Under the pieces are notes generated by a model. The model saw only the letters and a list, made by a program, of their open reading frames with translations, made no database searches and had not been told where the DNA came from. The translations under genes were made by a program, and so were the position numbers. A DNA stretch of 64,000 nucleotides from Carcharhinus amblyrhynchos (lineage: Eukaryota): NCBI GenBank assembly GCA_965287045.1, contig OZ336877.1:63798001-63862000 (forward strand), read 5' to 3'. How positions within the stretch are numbered: the stretch's first letter is position 1; every line of letters starts with the position of its first letter. Of this stretch, positions 26,823 through 39,265 are shown piece after piece.

Positions 26823-27120
26823 GGGTGGCACGGTGACAAAGTGGTTAGCACTGCTGTCTCATAGCGCCAGGGACCCAGGTTTGATTCCCAGCTCAGGTCA
26901 CTGTCTGTGTGGAGTCTGCACGTTCTCTCTGTGGGTTTCCTCTGGTGCTCCAGTTTCCTCCCACGGTCCAAAAGAAGTGATGGTTAGGGTGCATTGGCCA
27001 TACTAAATTCTCCCTCAGTGTATCGGAACAGTCACCAGAGTGTGGCAACTCGGGAATTTTCACAGTAACTTCATTGCAGTGTTAATGTAAGTCTACGTGT
27101 GACACTAATAAATAAACTAA
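26823..27120 (+). mobile_element. V-SINE type B
   Basis: Head, core and type B tail ending aataaataaac. Confidence 0.85.
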
Positions 27121-27384
27121 AGAAGAGCTTTATATTTTTGGAATAATTTGAAAATTACGGAGCAACCGACTGCATGATCAATTCCACTCCCTTAAGGTCT
27201 TCAAAATATAATCTCCATCCCATGCTATAGAAACAACATGTACCCGGAATGCATTTCAATGCTACAGTACAACATTCTTACGATGTATCCCATTCATTTG
27301 CATTGTATATTATACCCTCATAGTTAGAAAGACAAAAAGACAAATGGGATGTCAGTCACTTTCCATTTAGCTTATTCACAGTTG

Positions 27385-28440
27385 CACCACTGGCAAAACC
27401 AAAATTTATCACCAACCCTGAATTGCCCTTGAGAAAGTGATGGTGAGCCACCTTCTTGAAACACTGCAGTCCTTGTGATCCAGGTACTCACAAAGTCCCA
27501 TTAAGTTAGGGGTGCCAGGATATTGCCCAATGCAATGAAGGAAGGGTGATATCTTCTGAGTCAGGGTGATGAGTGACTTAAGCTTGCAGATGGAGTATTT
27601 CCATGTGCCTCTTTCCATTGTTCTTTTAGGTGGTAGAAATTACAGGTTTGGAAGGTGTTGTTAATAAGCCTTGGCGAGTTGCTGTGGTGCCTCCTGCAGG
27701 TGGGACATTCTGTAGCTACAGCCTGCCAGTAGTGTAGGGAGTGAATATTTAGAGTGGTGAATGTGGTGCCAATCAAGTGTGCTGCTTTGTCTCAGGTGGT
27801 GTTGAGCTTCTTGAATGTTACTGGAGCTGCATTCACCCAGGCAAGTGGAGAGTATTTCATCATATCCTGACCTATGCCTTGTAGTTGGTTTTCAGATGAA
27901 TCAGAAGGGAAGTCACTTGCTGCAGAATGCCCAGCCTCTGACCTGGACTTCTAACCTTTGTATTTACATGCTGCTTCAGTTAAGTTTCTGGTCAGTGTCG
28001 ATTGCTAAGATGTTGATGTTGGAGGATTCAGCAATAGTAATGCCATTGAACGTGATGAGGAGGGACTTAGACTCCCTGCTACTGAAGATGGTAATTGCCA
28101 CATATCAGCACAAGCCTGCAAGTTGTCCAGGTGTTGCTGGTTATGGCACAAAATATCTGATCATTATCTAATCAGTTGCGCATGGAACAAAACACTCCAC
28201 AGTCATCAATGAATGACTCTACTTCTGACCTTATTATAGGAGCAAGGTCATTAATGAAACAGCTTTTAGTTGGGCTTAGGAAACTGCTTCAGGATCTCTT
28301 ACAAGGATATTCTGGGGCTGAGATGGTTTGCCTCCATGTCTACGACTACAACTAGCTTCATTTGTATCAGGTATGTCACCAGTTTGTGGGGGTTTCCCCA
28401 AGTCTCACTGAGTTCCATTTTATAAGGGCTCCTCAGAGGG
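27385..28440 (-). mobile_element. Degenerate RTE-X-like LINE 3' portion
   Basis: IGTTFTTLNIHSLH...SNSPRL resembles the C-terminus of elasmobranch RTE-X-like ORF2 as recalled. Confidence 0.6.
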
Positions 28441-30410
28441 AGAGGAGGTCACGCTCACTCTCAGCATAAAATCCTGTGAGTAACAACAGAAACTGAAAAG
28501 CAGCAAAGCATCTTCCTGACTAAGCTGACTCTTCTAGTTACCCTGGATTCTCCCAAGCCCAGGCAATGAAAGGGAGGAAAAGCTGCCACTATTGACTTTA
28601 TTTTGAATTTTTGTAAGATTCAATGGGGAATGGAGGGGTGTAGACTTGGTGCCAGGACACAAAATAATTTTTCAGTTATGTCATAGGGCTGCATTTTATT
28701 GAGGGTCGGTGAGTGGTCGAATTGATCACGAGAGTTAAAGTTGGGTCACTTCTTTTTGCAAGCCGTAGTATGCTGCAAGCTAAATTGGCTCACAGTGGAA
28801 ACATCCACCCCTCACTGAGGAGAAATGTGCTCCCTAGGGATTGCCGGCAGCACCATCACTCCCGGCAGAGCCAGGAGTTTAGTAGTGGGCACTGGAAGGA
28901 CTGCAACCAGTTCGAAGAAGCCCCAGAGGGTCCCAGAGTAAGTAAGACTGGGGTATTGAGCTGGGAGGATATGGGCGGCTTGGGGAGAGGAAGTGCTTTG
29001 GAGATCAGGCAGGTAGGAAAGAAGTGAGTGTACTGTTTGAAGGGGTGTACTGTCTGAGGGGGCTGCTACCGTACCCCGAAGATAATATACCCTCCCACCT
29101 ACTTCATTTCCCACCCTTTTAAAACTTGCTCACTCCCACCTGACTGCCCGCGCCAACTGTCTTATGGTGTGGAGGTGTGGACAGAGTATTATCTGAGTCA
29201 AGTGGATTGCTAACAAGCTCAGTTAACCCTAATTATTTATTTACATATGGTGGATCGTCTGCCAGTTTCACTGCTTGCCTATATTGTGGGGTTAAGCTCA
29301 GGGGGTGGGTGGGAAAATGCCCCCTCTGAAAACATGACCGGCAGGGGCCATTGTAATATCATAAATGATCCCTGATTTAGCTGGTTGATTCAAAGCAGAT
29401 ACCAGGATTGGAGCATACAACCCAGGCTAATGGTTCAATACAGGTTGAATTCGTTGTGGGTTGTCAGAGGTCCTGCAAAGATGCAAATGTACTATCAGAA
29501 AATCAGATAAGTTTCCAGGTGACCAGGCTAACTTTGCTCTATTGACCAACCTGATAAAAAAAGTAGTTCAATTGGGGATTCAATTTATTTACTGCTTGTG
29601 GGACCTCATTACATGTAAATTACAGCTGTAATTTAATCTGTTTATGCAGATAACAAGTGTGTATATCATTAATCATGATGTACTAGACTTAGTACAGTGA
29701 TAGCATTTTTCCCTGTAAATTAGGCTTGGGTTTTAAATGCATAGGCCCAAATTTTTGCTACTCGCTCGGACAGGCAGAGTGGACTCTTACAAAAACAAAT
29801 AACATAAAAGATAGCCTATCCCTTTTTAACCACTTGAAGCTGTTTACCTTTGTCACAGCCACATAGGATATCGCTTGTGACTTTGATAAGATCCATTTTA
29901 TGGATCCTGCACTCACTCAGCGTGGGGGTGGCCACTCCCTCAATAATGGAGGTCACATGCTCAGATCCCTGAGCCATATCAGTGCACATGTGTTGCATGG
30001 ACTCTGCCATCATTTTCCAATGATCCGCGACACTTTGAAACTCATCTGCCCCTGACGTTCCCGAAAGACCTTTTTTGTTTGTGAGAATCAAGACCCAGCA
30101 TCTCCACCCAGTGAAGCGTAGCTGTGCCTGTCCTCTGGGGAGGACCAGCCACAGCTGACTCTGCCTCACTCTCCTATCCTGTGGTGTGCTACTTTCTGTT
30201 TGAATCATGATTGAGGCCAAACAATCGTGTGTCTGTGCTGGTGGTTTGTGTAGAGATATATGCCATGGTGCAGTGATAAGACCCAGGCTAGTCAGCAGTG
30301 GATCAATATTTTTAGTTTTAATTTATCAGTGTCACAAGTAGGCTTAAGCTAACACTGCAATGAAATTACTGTGAACAGCTCCTAGTTGCCACACTCTGGC
30401 ACCTGTTCGG

Positions 30411-31358
30411 GTCGAAATTTGCTGATGACACCAAGATTGGTGGAACGGCAAATTGCACGGAGGGTGTGGAGAGTCTGCAGAAGGATCTAGATAGGCTGGG
30501 CGAATGGGCCAGGAACTGGCAAATGGAATTTAATGTTGGCAAGTGCGAGGTGGTCCACTTCGGTAGGAATTATGGTAGGAAGGATTATTACTTACGTGGA
30601 GAAAATCTGCAGCAGGCGACGGTGCAGAGGGACCTCGGGGTCCTTGTGCATGAGTTGCAAAAACCCAGCTTGCAGGTGCAGCAGGTGGTCAGGAAGGCGA
30701 ATGAGATGCTGGCCTTCATAGCGAGGGGGATTGAATATAAAAGTAGGGAGGTCTTGCTGCGGCTGTATAGGGCATTGGTGAGGCCGCAGCTGGAGTACTG
30801 TGTGCAGTTTTGGGCGCTGTACTTACGCAAGGATATTTTGGCCTTGGAGGGAGTGCAGAGGAGGTTTACTAGGCTGATGCCGGAGTTGAGGGGGTTGAGC
30901 TATGAGGAGAAGCTGAATAAATTAGGCTTGTACTCGTTAGAGTTTAGAAGAATGAGGGGAGATCTCATTGAGACGTATAAGATGATGAATGGGATGGATA
31001 GGATAGAGGTGGAGAGACTCTTCCCACTCAGAAAGGACAGTCGGACTCGGGGGCACAGCCTCAAGATAAAGGGGGGGAGGTTTAGAAAGGAGTTGAGGAA
31101 GAACTTCTTCACTCAAAGGGTGGTGAATCTCTGGAATTCTCTGCCCGTTGAAGTGGTGGAGGCTACCTCGCTAAATGTTTTTAAGACGCAGGTTGATGGG
31201 TTTTTGATAAGAGAGGGGATTAAGGGTTATGGGGAGAGGGCGGGAATGTGGAACTGAGCCACGGCAGATCAGCCATGATCTTATTGAATGGCGGGGCAGG
31301 CTCGAAGGGCTAGATGGCCTACTCCTGCTCCTGTTTCTTATGTTCTTATGTTCTTATG
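30411..31358 (+). mobile_element. 5'-truncated CR1, young family, inserted into a V-SINE
   Basis: Uninterrupted frame from KFADDTKIGG to GMWN, then (TTCTTATG)n tail; SINE sequence resumes on both sides. Confidence 0.93.
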
Positions 31359-33039
31359 TACACTGAGGAAGAATTTAGCATGGCCAATGCATCTAACCAG
31401 CATGTCACAACCAGCTTTATAGTTAACTGTGTTCAGATAACTAGAGCATGCACTGGGCAGGACTTTCCTCCATACCTTTTACCTATCAAATGATCCTGCT
31501 CTTCAGTCTCCCATCTCGCTGTTGCCTTTAGCCAGACCCAACGGCCCCCTCACACTATCATCTCCTCCATTAGTGACAGGTTGTGAAGGTCAGCCATATC
31601 ACCACTTGTTAAAGCCATTTTGCAGCTGTTATGACCTCTCTTTTCCTGAAAGATGGGAAGACAATATTGTAAGTGTAGCCTAACCTCCGTTAACAATGCA
31701 GCGTCACATTGCCATGAGCTGATGCTCCTGTTCACTGATACAACTGGCCACTTTCTCGGATAATGTTGGGGAAATCTTTGGGCACTGAGTCTGTTTGGCT
31801 TGTCTGCAAGCTGCTATATCCAGAGTACCATGGTGCTGTTCGCCATTCATCTTTCCAGATTTTAACCTCTTATGGCACTGGAACCTCTATGTCAGGCCTC
31901 CACTGCTGACCTCCATGGTCATCTCCACCTAGAACCTTGTGGTTTCAGAAGAAGGGTTTCAACTGCTGGACCCCTGGAAAAGAATGTTTTGCCTCATGAC
32001 AACTTCCTCCCTCAATGTCTCAGGAGAGATATTGGAAAACCTCGGCATCACCAAATAGGCCCTTTGCATCAGAAAATCACATTCTGTCACTGACACTTAA
32101 CTGATGCTTAACTGATGTGGAGCTGGGACCTGGAAATTATCCGGGCAGCTGATTCTCAGTTGAAAACCCAGCCCTAAGCCACTAAACCAAGGTCAACCCT
32201 ATCAGGCCAAAGTGAACATAAAATATCCCAAGACTTTACTTGAAGAGGAGCAGAAAAGATTGCCAACTTTTATGCCTTAGCTAAAACTATGCAAATTAGC
32301 TGGTCATTTATTTCAATGCTTTTATTGGAACTGTGCTGTGTGCAAATTGGTTGTGTTAAGCTATACTACGACAGTGACCATAGTTCACTTTGACTGAGAC
32401 ACATTTTGGGATCTGCTGAAGCTATAAAAATGCAAGTTTTTTTAACTAAGGAAAGCAATGAAAAAAGACATTCAGCACAACAATGAAAATGGTTTGGATG
32501 TGTCTCAATTTGAATTTCAATAACAGATGAGCTGGATAGGATGAACAGTCGTTTCTTGTTTCTGGTTTCTTCTGTTATTACATTGTTAGTGATATTATTG
32601 TTCCTCAGGGAGTTTTTAGGTTGGCTCAGTTCCTGGAACAGACCGTGTGGCAAACTTTACTCCCACACTGCCAGCCTGACAGCTGTGACAAGTTTACAAT
32701 ATAGCTGATGGCATATTAGCTGAAGCACAAACTGCTGTGAACTTTTTATCTCAATTTTGGAATTTTTTTTAACACGTGTATGTGTTAGGACCTGGAGTAA
32801 TTACATTGTGGGGGCTATTCTCTGGCCCTGTGCGCTCATGCTCAGGTCGTGCTGGGGCTGTGAGGAGGCACAGAATCATATGGGGTCTGGAAAATCCCAT
32901 CAGCGTATCCACACTCTAAGCCTTCGTTGGGATCTAACATTTGGGCAACTCAGATAGCCCTGGTGAGACAACACATACCTGCTATATCTTGGTGATGTGG
33001 CGGGGTGGGTGGAGGGTGCAGTGACAAGAGCAAGAGAGT

Positions 33040-33470
33040 CATCCCTTTTGTCTTGACCAATATTTCTCCCTCAATCCATGTCACAAAAACATGCTCGTTA
33101 TCACATCACTATTGGGGGGAGCTTGCTATGCACACGTTGGTTACCACGGAGGGAATTCTCCAGCCTCCTAGCCACGTGTTTCCTGGCATGGGAGGTGGCA
33201 TGCTGTTCACTGCTGGCCAAATTCCCTGGTCCCATCGCTGTCAATGGGATTTCCCATTGATGCCACCCCATGCCATCGCCACCGTGGGAGAGGGTATGCT
33301 GCCAGTGGGACCACAGAATCCTGCCGTTGTGAAGGCTGGTGAATCCCCCCCACAAGCTTCCTATTTCACAACAGTGATTACACTTCAAAAAGTATTTAAT
33401 TAGTGTAAAGATCTTGGAGATGTCGAGTGGTTGTGGAAAATGTCATAAAGACACGAACCTTTCCTTTTTA
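33040..33470 (+). mobile_element. DeuSINE 3' half with MITE insertion (another fragment at about 32285-32445)
   Basis: gaccaatatttctccctcaa...ttatcacatcact...acaacagtgattacacttcaaaaagta. Confidence 0.7.
33148..33350. mobile_element. ~203-bp MITE with 3-bp TSD CAC
   Basis: Ends GGAGGGAATTCTCC and GGTGAATCCCCCC; central TCAATGGGATTTCCCATTGA. Confidence 0.75.
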
Positions 33471-33944
33471 TTTACATGCATTACAAGCACTCCGTGGGCA
33501 AAAATTGTAGATCTTGGTACCTAGCATGGAATCTTGCTGGAGGTGAGCAGTGTCGGAGTTAGGGCTCCAACACTGTTGCCCCAAGTGTGCACTTGTGTCT
33601 CATGAAGCTTCATAGCAGTAGCGCAATTTCACAATTTATGCCGTATAAGCTTTACTCCACAAAGTTAGACAGTAAACAATCACAAAATAACTGATGCATT
33701 ATACATCATGAAGACCCATCAATAGGAATAAAATTCCAATATGCATTTTTATATTACGCTTTTTTGTTAATCTCACCACAATAAAGCTTTGTAATGCTAT
33801 TGCAGTTACCAACAGTAGTTTGGTGTGCAGCAAAATGTACATGTCTGTGGACCTGGCACAGGTAAGGCACTGAAAAGTATTGAACCAATTTTTAAGACAG
33901 TAAGGTTTGGTTTTAGCCAGAAAACTTGTTACTCTGTAAGTAGT

Positions 33945-35378
33945 AGGGCGTTTGGAGAGAGTTATAGAGCAAAGAGATATGGCGGTACAGGTTCATAGCT
34001 CCTTGAAAGTGGAGTCACAGCTGGACAGATTGATGAAGCAGACATTCAGCATGCTTGGTTTCATTGGTCAGAACTTTGAATACAGGAGTTGGGACATCTT
34101 GTTGAAGTTGTACTAGACATTGGCAAGGCCACATTTGGAATACTGTATACAGTTCTGGTCTCCCTATTATAGAAAGGATATTATTAAACTAGAAAGAGGG
34201 CAGAAAATATTTACTAGGATGCTACTGGGACTTGATTAGAACATAGAACATTACAACACAGTACAGGCCCTTCGGCCCTCAATGTTGTGCCAAGCTATGT
34301 CCAATCCTAAGATCAAGCTATCCCACTCCCTATAATTCTGGTGTGCTCCATGTGCCTATCCGATAACCGCTTGAAAGTTCCTAAAGTGTCTGACTCCACT
34401 ATCCCAGCAGGCAGTCTATTCCACACTCCAACCATTCTTTGAGTGAAGAATCTACCCCAGACAGCCCTCCTATATCTCCCACCATGAACCTTATAGTTAT
34501 GCCCCTAGTAACAGCTACATCCACCTGAGGAAATAGTCTCTGCACATCAACTCTATCAATCCCCCTCATCATCTTATAAACCTCTATTAAGTCGCCTCTC
34601 ATCCTTTTCCGCTGTAAAGAGAAAAGCCCCATTGTTTGATTATAAGGAGAGACTGGATAAACTGGGGCTCTTTTGTCCCTCAATCCACGTCATGAAAACA
34701 GATTACATGCTCATTATCACATCACTATTTGGGGGAGTTTGTTAAGCACACGTTGGTTAGCAAGGAGGGAATTCTCCAGCCCCCCTGCCCCCCCACCAAG
34801 CTTCCTACTTCACAACAGTGATTACATTTCAAAAAGTATTTAATTAGTGTAACGATCTTGGAGATGTCGAGCGGTTGTGAAAAATGTCATAAAGATGCAA
34901 ATCTTTCCTTTTTATTTACATGCATTATAAGTGCTCTGTGGGCAGAAATTGTAGGGTCTTGGTACCTAGCATGGAATCTTGCTGGAGGAGGCTCCAGAGG
35001 TGACCTTACAGAGGTTGATAAAATAATGAGGGGCATAGATCAGCTAGATAGTCAATATCGTTTCCCAAAGGTAGGAGTGTCTAAAATTAGAGGGCTGAGG
35101 TTTAAGATGAGAGGGGAGAGATACGAAAGGGTGCAGAGGGGCATTTTTTTTCACGCAGAGAGTGGTGAGTGCCTGGAACAAGCTGCCAGAGGTTGTAGTA
35201 GAGGTGGGTACAATTTTGTCTTTTAAAAAGCATTTAGACAGTTACATGGGTGAGATAGGTCTAGAGGGTTATGGGCCAAATGCAGGCAATTGAGACTAGC
35301 TTAGGGGTTAAATAAAGGGTTGTGTGGACAAGTTGGGCTGAAGGGCTTGTTTCCATATTGTAAACCTCTATGACTCTA
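33945..35378 (+). mobile_element. Older CR1 3' portion interrupted twice (34238-34630 and 34676-34988)
   Basis: RPHLEYCIQFWSPYYRKDI, RGDLTEVDKIMRGID, and a ctctatgactct tail. Confidence 0.85.
34238..34630 (-). mobile_element. CR1 3' fragment of the second family, nested in another CR1
   Basis: RGDLIEVYKMMRGIDRVD, (TTCTATG)n-type tail, flanked by ATT on both sides. Confidence 0.9.
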
Positions 35379-37719
35379 AATTTAGCAGATGTAACAGTTG
35401 ATTACCCCAATTACACTGGATCAACTGTTGCTGATCTAATGGTAATCTTGCACAGATTGAGAAATAGTGCTGCTTCTATAGAAGTACAGAAGTAGAGTCT
35501 TTAGACAGGAGCCTTCATATGAGAATGTATCATCAAAACTGTTCAGAAACAATCCAATTGCAAAGATGACAGCAGACTGACATTCCATCACTATTTTGAA
35601 TAATATAGTGTGTGATCATGAGATCTTTGGATCAAATAGAAACATTGACATCTCATACATATATTTCTCTATCCATCACCTCCAACTCCTGCTCCACCTC
35701 ATCCTCCTCCTCTGCCATCTCCTCTCCTCCGCCAACTTCACCCCCTCTCTCCCATCACCTACTTCTCCTCTCCATTTCCACTTCTCCTTCATTTCCGCTT
35801 CTTCTCTCCTTGCATCTTTTCCCATGTGCACATAACATACAATTGTAGTTGCTCCTTCCCTCCCTTTTGTGTGCAGCCCACACATCAGTGCTGCTGGTAT
35901 TTTCCTCATAATTCCTGTTACATAGCTAATTTTTCAACTGCTGTTTATAAACATGGTCAAAATGAGGCTTTTGCTCAAAGAAACTCCTGCTGCCAGTTGG
36001 AGATAATAATAGCAGGGCTTCCCTTTGTAATGAGCAGTGATTTCTGTTTTGTTTGTTTCTTAAAATGTAAAGCCAGCTGCTGAAGTTGCTAACTGCCATG
36101 GATTAATTTACTGATCCACAAATTAATGATCAGGTAACATTAGCAACTGTTGAACATGACAACATATGCTTGCTTTCAGCTGCATAATTTATATGCAGTA
36201 ACCTTAACTCAGGCAGTTTAACTCAATAGCAACACCTAATTACTTCACCCACGGTATTTATTCTGTGTTTGACGCTTCAACGTTACTGCTAATATGAGGG
36301 CTGAGCTGATGGAAATGGGAAGAATTTAATTTCCCACTCGGTCTTTCCTGCTGATGCTGTCCTTCCCCTGGTAGTAGTGGCAAGTGTAAATAGTTAATTT
36401 GCTTTAATTATGAGCCTGTCCTGCTGAATTAGGAGCAGCAAGAATGTGAAGAGCCGGAATCATACTTCTGAGGCAGCTGACAAATCCTTTGAGTCCAGAA
36501 ACCAATGTCTTCTTCTCTGAGCTGTCAGTAATTCCATTAATATTATGTCCAGTCAAGTCAATCAAATCATTTACTGCTCATTGGTGCTCAGACAGCAGAT
36601 AGATAAGGGATCATAGCTTCCTTTCTTTCATTTCTCCTGACACATTTTACTTGTGATTGAATGTCGGATTGCGGCAAAATATTTCACAAACCTTGCATCG
36701 TACGTGTTGTTTTTCCTGCGATTTACATGTACACACGAGCGATTTTGGAACGTTTGAGCTTGTGTATCTGAGTGGGATAAATCATCGAAATAGAAGCTCA
36801 TCCACAAAAACAAGGTATTGTAATAATGATGAACCATTTTGTTTCAAAAACATTTCCCTTCTCTTGCCAGCAATTAACTCCAGACAATCCGTCATTGACT
36901 ATTTCATTCTACCTTTAGGAAAGAAAGTGATGTTGCATTTGAAGTCACAGCAATGGGCTAAATTGTCCCAGTACGTGATGATGGGCATGGGAGCTGGTAA
37001 AATAGAGGGGAGTCACGCAGGAAGGCTCTTCAATGTATTCACACTGCTAGGGAAAGTGCCAGGGACAAGCTGGGAATCGGATCAGCTGCCTGCTCCATGG
37101 AGACAGGCAGCCACTTAAGCTTATTTAGGTTAAATGAAACCCCAGAAGGAAAATTAATAGTAAAATGGAGAAAAAAAGAATTGTGGTCAGAAGTGATCTT
37201 GTATACTTTAAAAAGGAACGCCAGTAAATTGGAGAAATGGTCTGAATGTTTGTTCTTTCTGGGCCTCGCTGGAATTTTGCCTCCAGTGGAATGCCTCCCC
37301 ATGCAATCTGAGAAGACCACCATGTTCAATGGTGCCAGGCTGAGTGAGTCATCCAAGCTAAAGGCCCAATGCCCCATTAAGGGGGCCGCGAGCACCACAG
37401 GCTGCAATCACAATCTAATCTAATCCAGAAGAGCAGTTTCCCTTCCATTTCTATGGGCCTGCCAGCCTAGTTTTGGTTTATTTCTTATGTTTATTTCTTT
37501 GGCTTATGTGCAGCTCAGTTAGGGCGCCTCGATGGTCAGACGCCCTCACAACCCTTGAGCTGCCTCAGTAATGTCCACCTCTCCCATTGGAGCTACTGAG
37601 GCCGGAATTCTCCAGCTGCTCACACCCCACCACTGTTGCCAAACCTCCATTCATCGCAGTGGGACTGGAGGATCCCATTGGTGTGAATAGCAGGAGAATC
37701 CCACCTAGTGGCTTGATCG

Positions 37720-37948
37720 GTCTACATTCTCCTCATGTCTGTGTGGGTTTCCTCCACATGCTCCAGTTTCCTCCCACAGTCCAAAGATGTGCAGGTCAGG
37801 TTTATTGGCTATGCTAAGTTGCCCTTTAGTGGCAGGGGGATTGGCAGGGTAAATGCGTGCGGTTGCAGGGATTGGGGCTGAGTGGATTGTTGCTGGTGCA
37901 GGTTTGATGGGCTGAATGGCCTCCTTCTGCACTGTAGGGATTCTATAA
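37720..37948 (+). mobile_element. 5'-truncated V-SINE with CR1-type tail (shorter pieces at about 42100-42235 and 53430-53495)
   Basis: Core gtgggtttcctcc...ctcccacagtccaaagatgtg plus tail. Confidence 0.75.
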
Positions 37949-38849
37949 TATTTCTACAATACATAAAAATGATCTGACTTGCGGTTATGGGATCGTGCTC
38001 ATTTAGGACAATGGCCCCAAGTAACATTGCAATGATGCTATGGTTTCGGAGCAAGACTTGTGCTTTCACGTGATGGTATTATGCACAGCCTTTCCAGTTA
38101 CAGCTTTGGTCCTGGCTAACATTGAAAAAGTGAAAGATAAAGGGCAAGATTCTCCAATCTCAGCCATTCCTGCCCCACTGCAAGTGAGAACGGAGAATTT
38201 GATGCTCCAGCCAAAACTCCATTCACTAACAGCGGCACCAGAGACTCCCAGCCATGAATGAGAACAGACGTTTTGGCAAAAGTGTTGAGATCACTCCTCG
38301 TGGAGTTGCAGTATGTGGGTTTTGTCATGAGGCCTGTGATTAAACTTTACTTCCACACCATTGTTCATCGAGAGCAACCCATTTCAGCACAGGAAATGAT
38401 TGCAAACTGTTAATCTTCAGCACTAAACCTTAAGCATTCTTTCTGCTTTTAGACATTTATTTTAATGTGAAAAGTACAGGGAAATATGTCCACAGACACC
38501 AAAGAAAAATTGACGTTAAATTTTTAAAATGACAGAGGAGAAAGAACTGAAGACTTTCCCTTCAGTATTTGAAACTATATTTTTTGTATTGCATTATAAT
38601 CCAAAGTCAAGATTTATGAGAAACGGAATTTTGATAGGACACCCTCAGGAAAATGTTTTAACTCAACGATCCAGCTGCTTTGCTAGCAAGCAACTCAAAT
38701 TGGATCCTTTTACAGAGGTACATTGCCTCCTGAGTGATGAGTTGTGAGGCCCAATTTAGATCAGGCCTCATGGCCTTTCCTGTTTGGATGCAGGAGTGTT
38801 TTGCAGTACTCAGTTTGCAATGGCCCAGTAAAGTAACCAAACTTCTACC

Positions 38850-39265
38850 CTGATCCTTTAAACATTTTACTTGCTAACTGCACACTGCAATTTTAAAACT
38901 CTGCTTCTTGTTTTCAAATGCTTCCATGGCCTAGGTAGTAGTCTATTCCAATCTTCAACTCCTTCTCCAGCCCTACAACCCTGCAAGATCTCTGTACTCC
39001 CTGTCAACTCCAGCCTCTTGCACGGCCCTTATTGTTTTACTATTGGTGAGGTATGCTTTCAGCTGCCTCCGGCTAGAAGTTAAGGAATTCTCTCCTACTT
39101 CAGCTTCCATACTCCCCTGTCCTTATTTAAAGCCTAATAAAACCTATCTGTTTGGCCATGCACCTGCCCTAAATGTCTCCAAATGTGATTTGATGCTAAA
39201 TTTTGTTTGATAATGTCCTGTGAAGCACATCAGTACATTAAATGTGCCATATAAATACAAGTTTT
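38850..39265 (+). mobile_element. L2 LINE 3' remnant
   Basis: FKTLLLVFKCFHGL resembles L2 FKILLL.FK.LHGLAP; tail tgtgaagcac...atataaatacaagtt. Confidence 0.6.
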
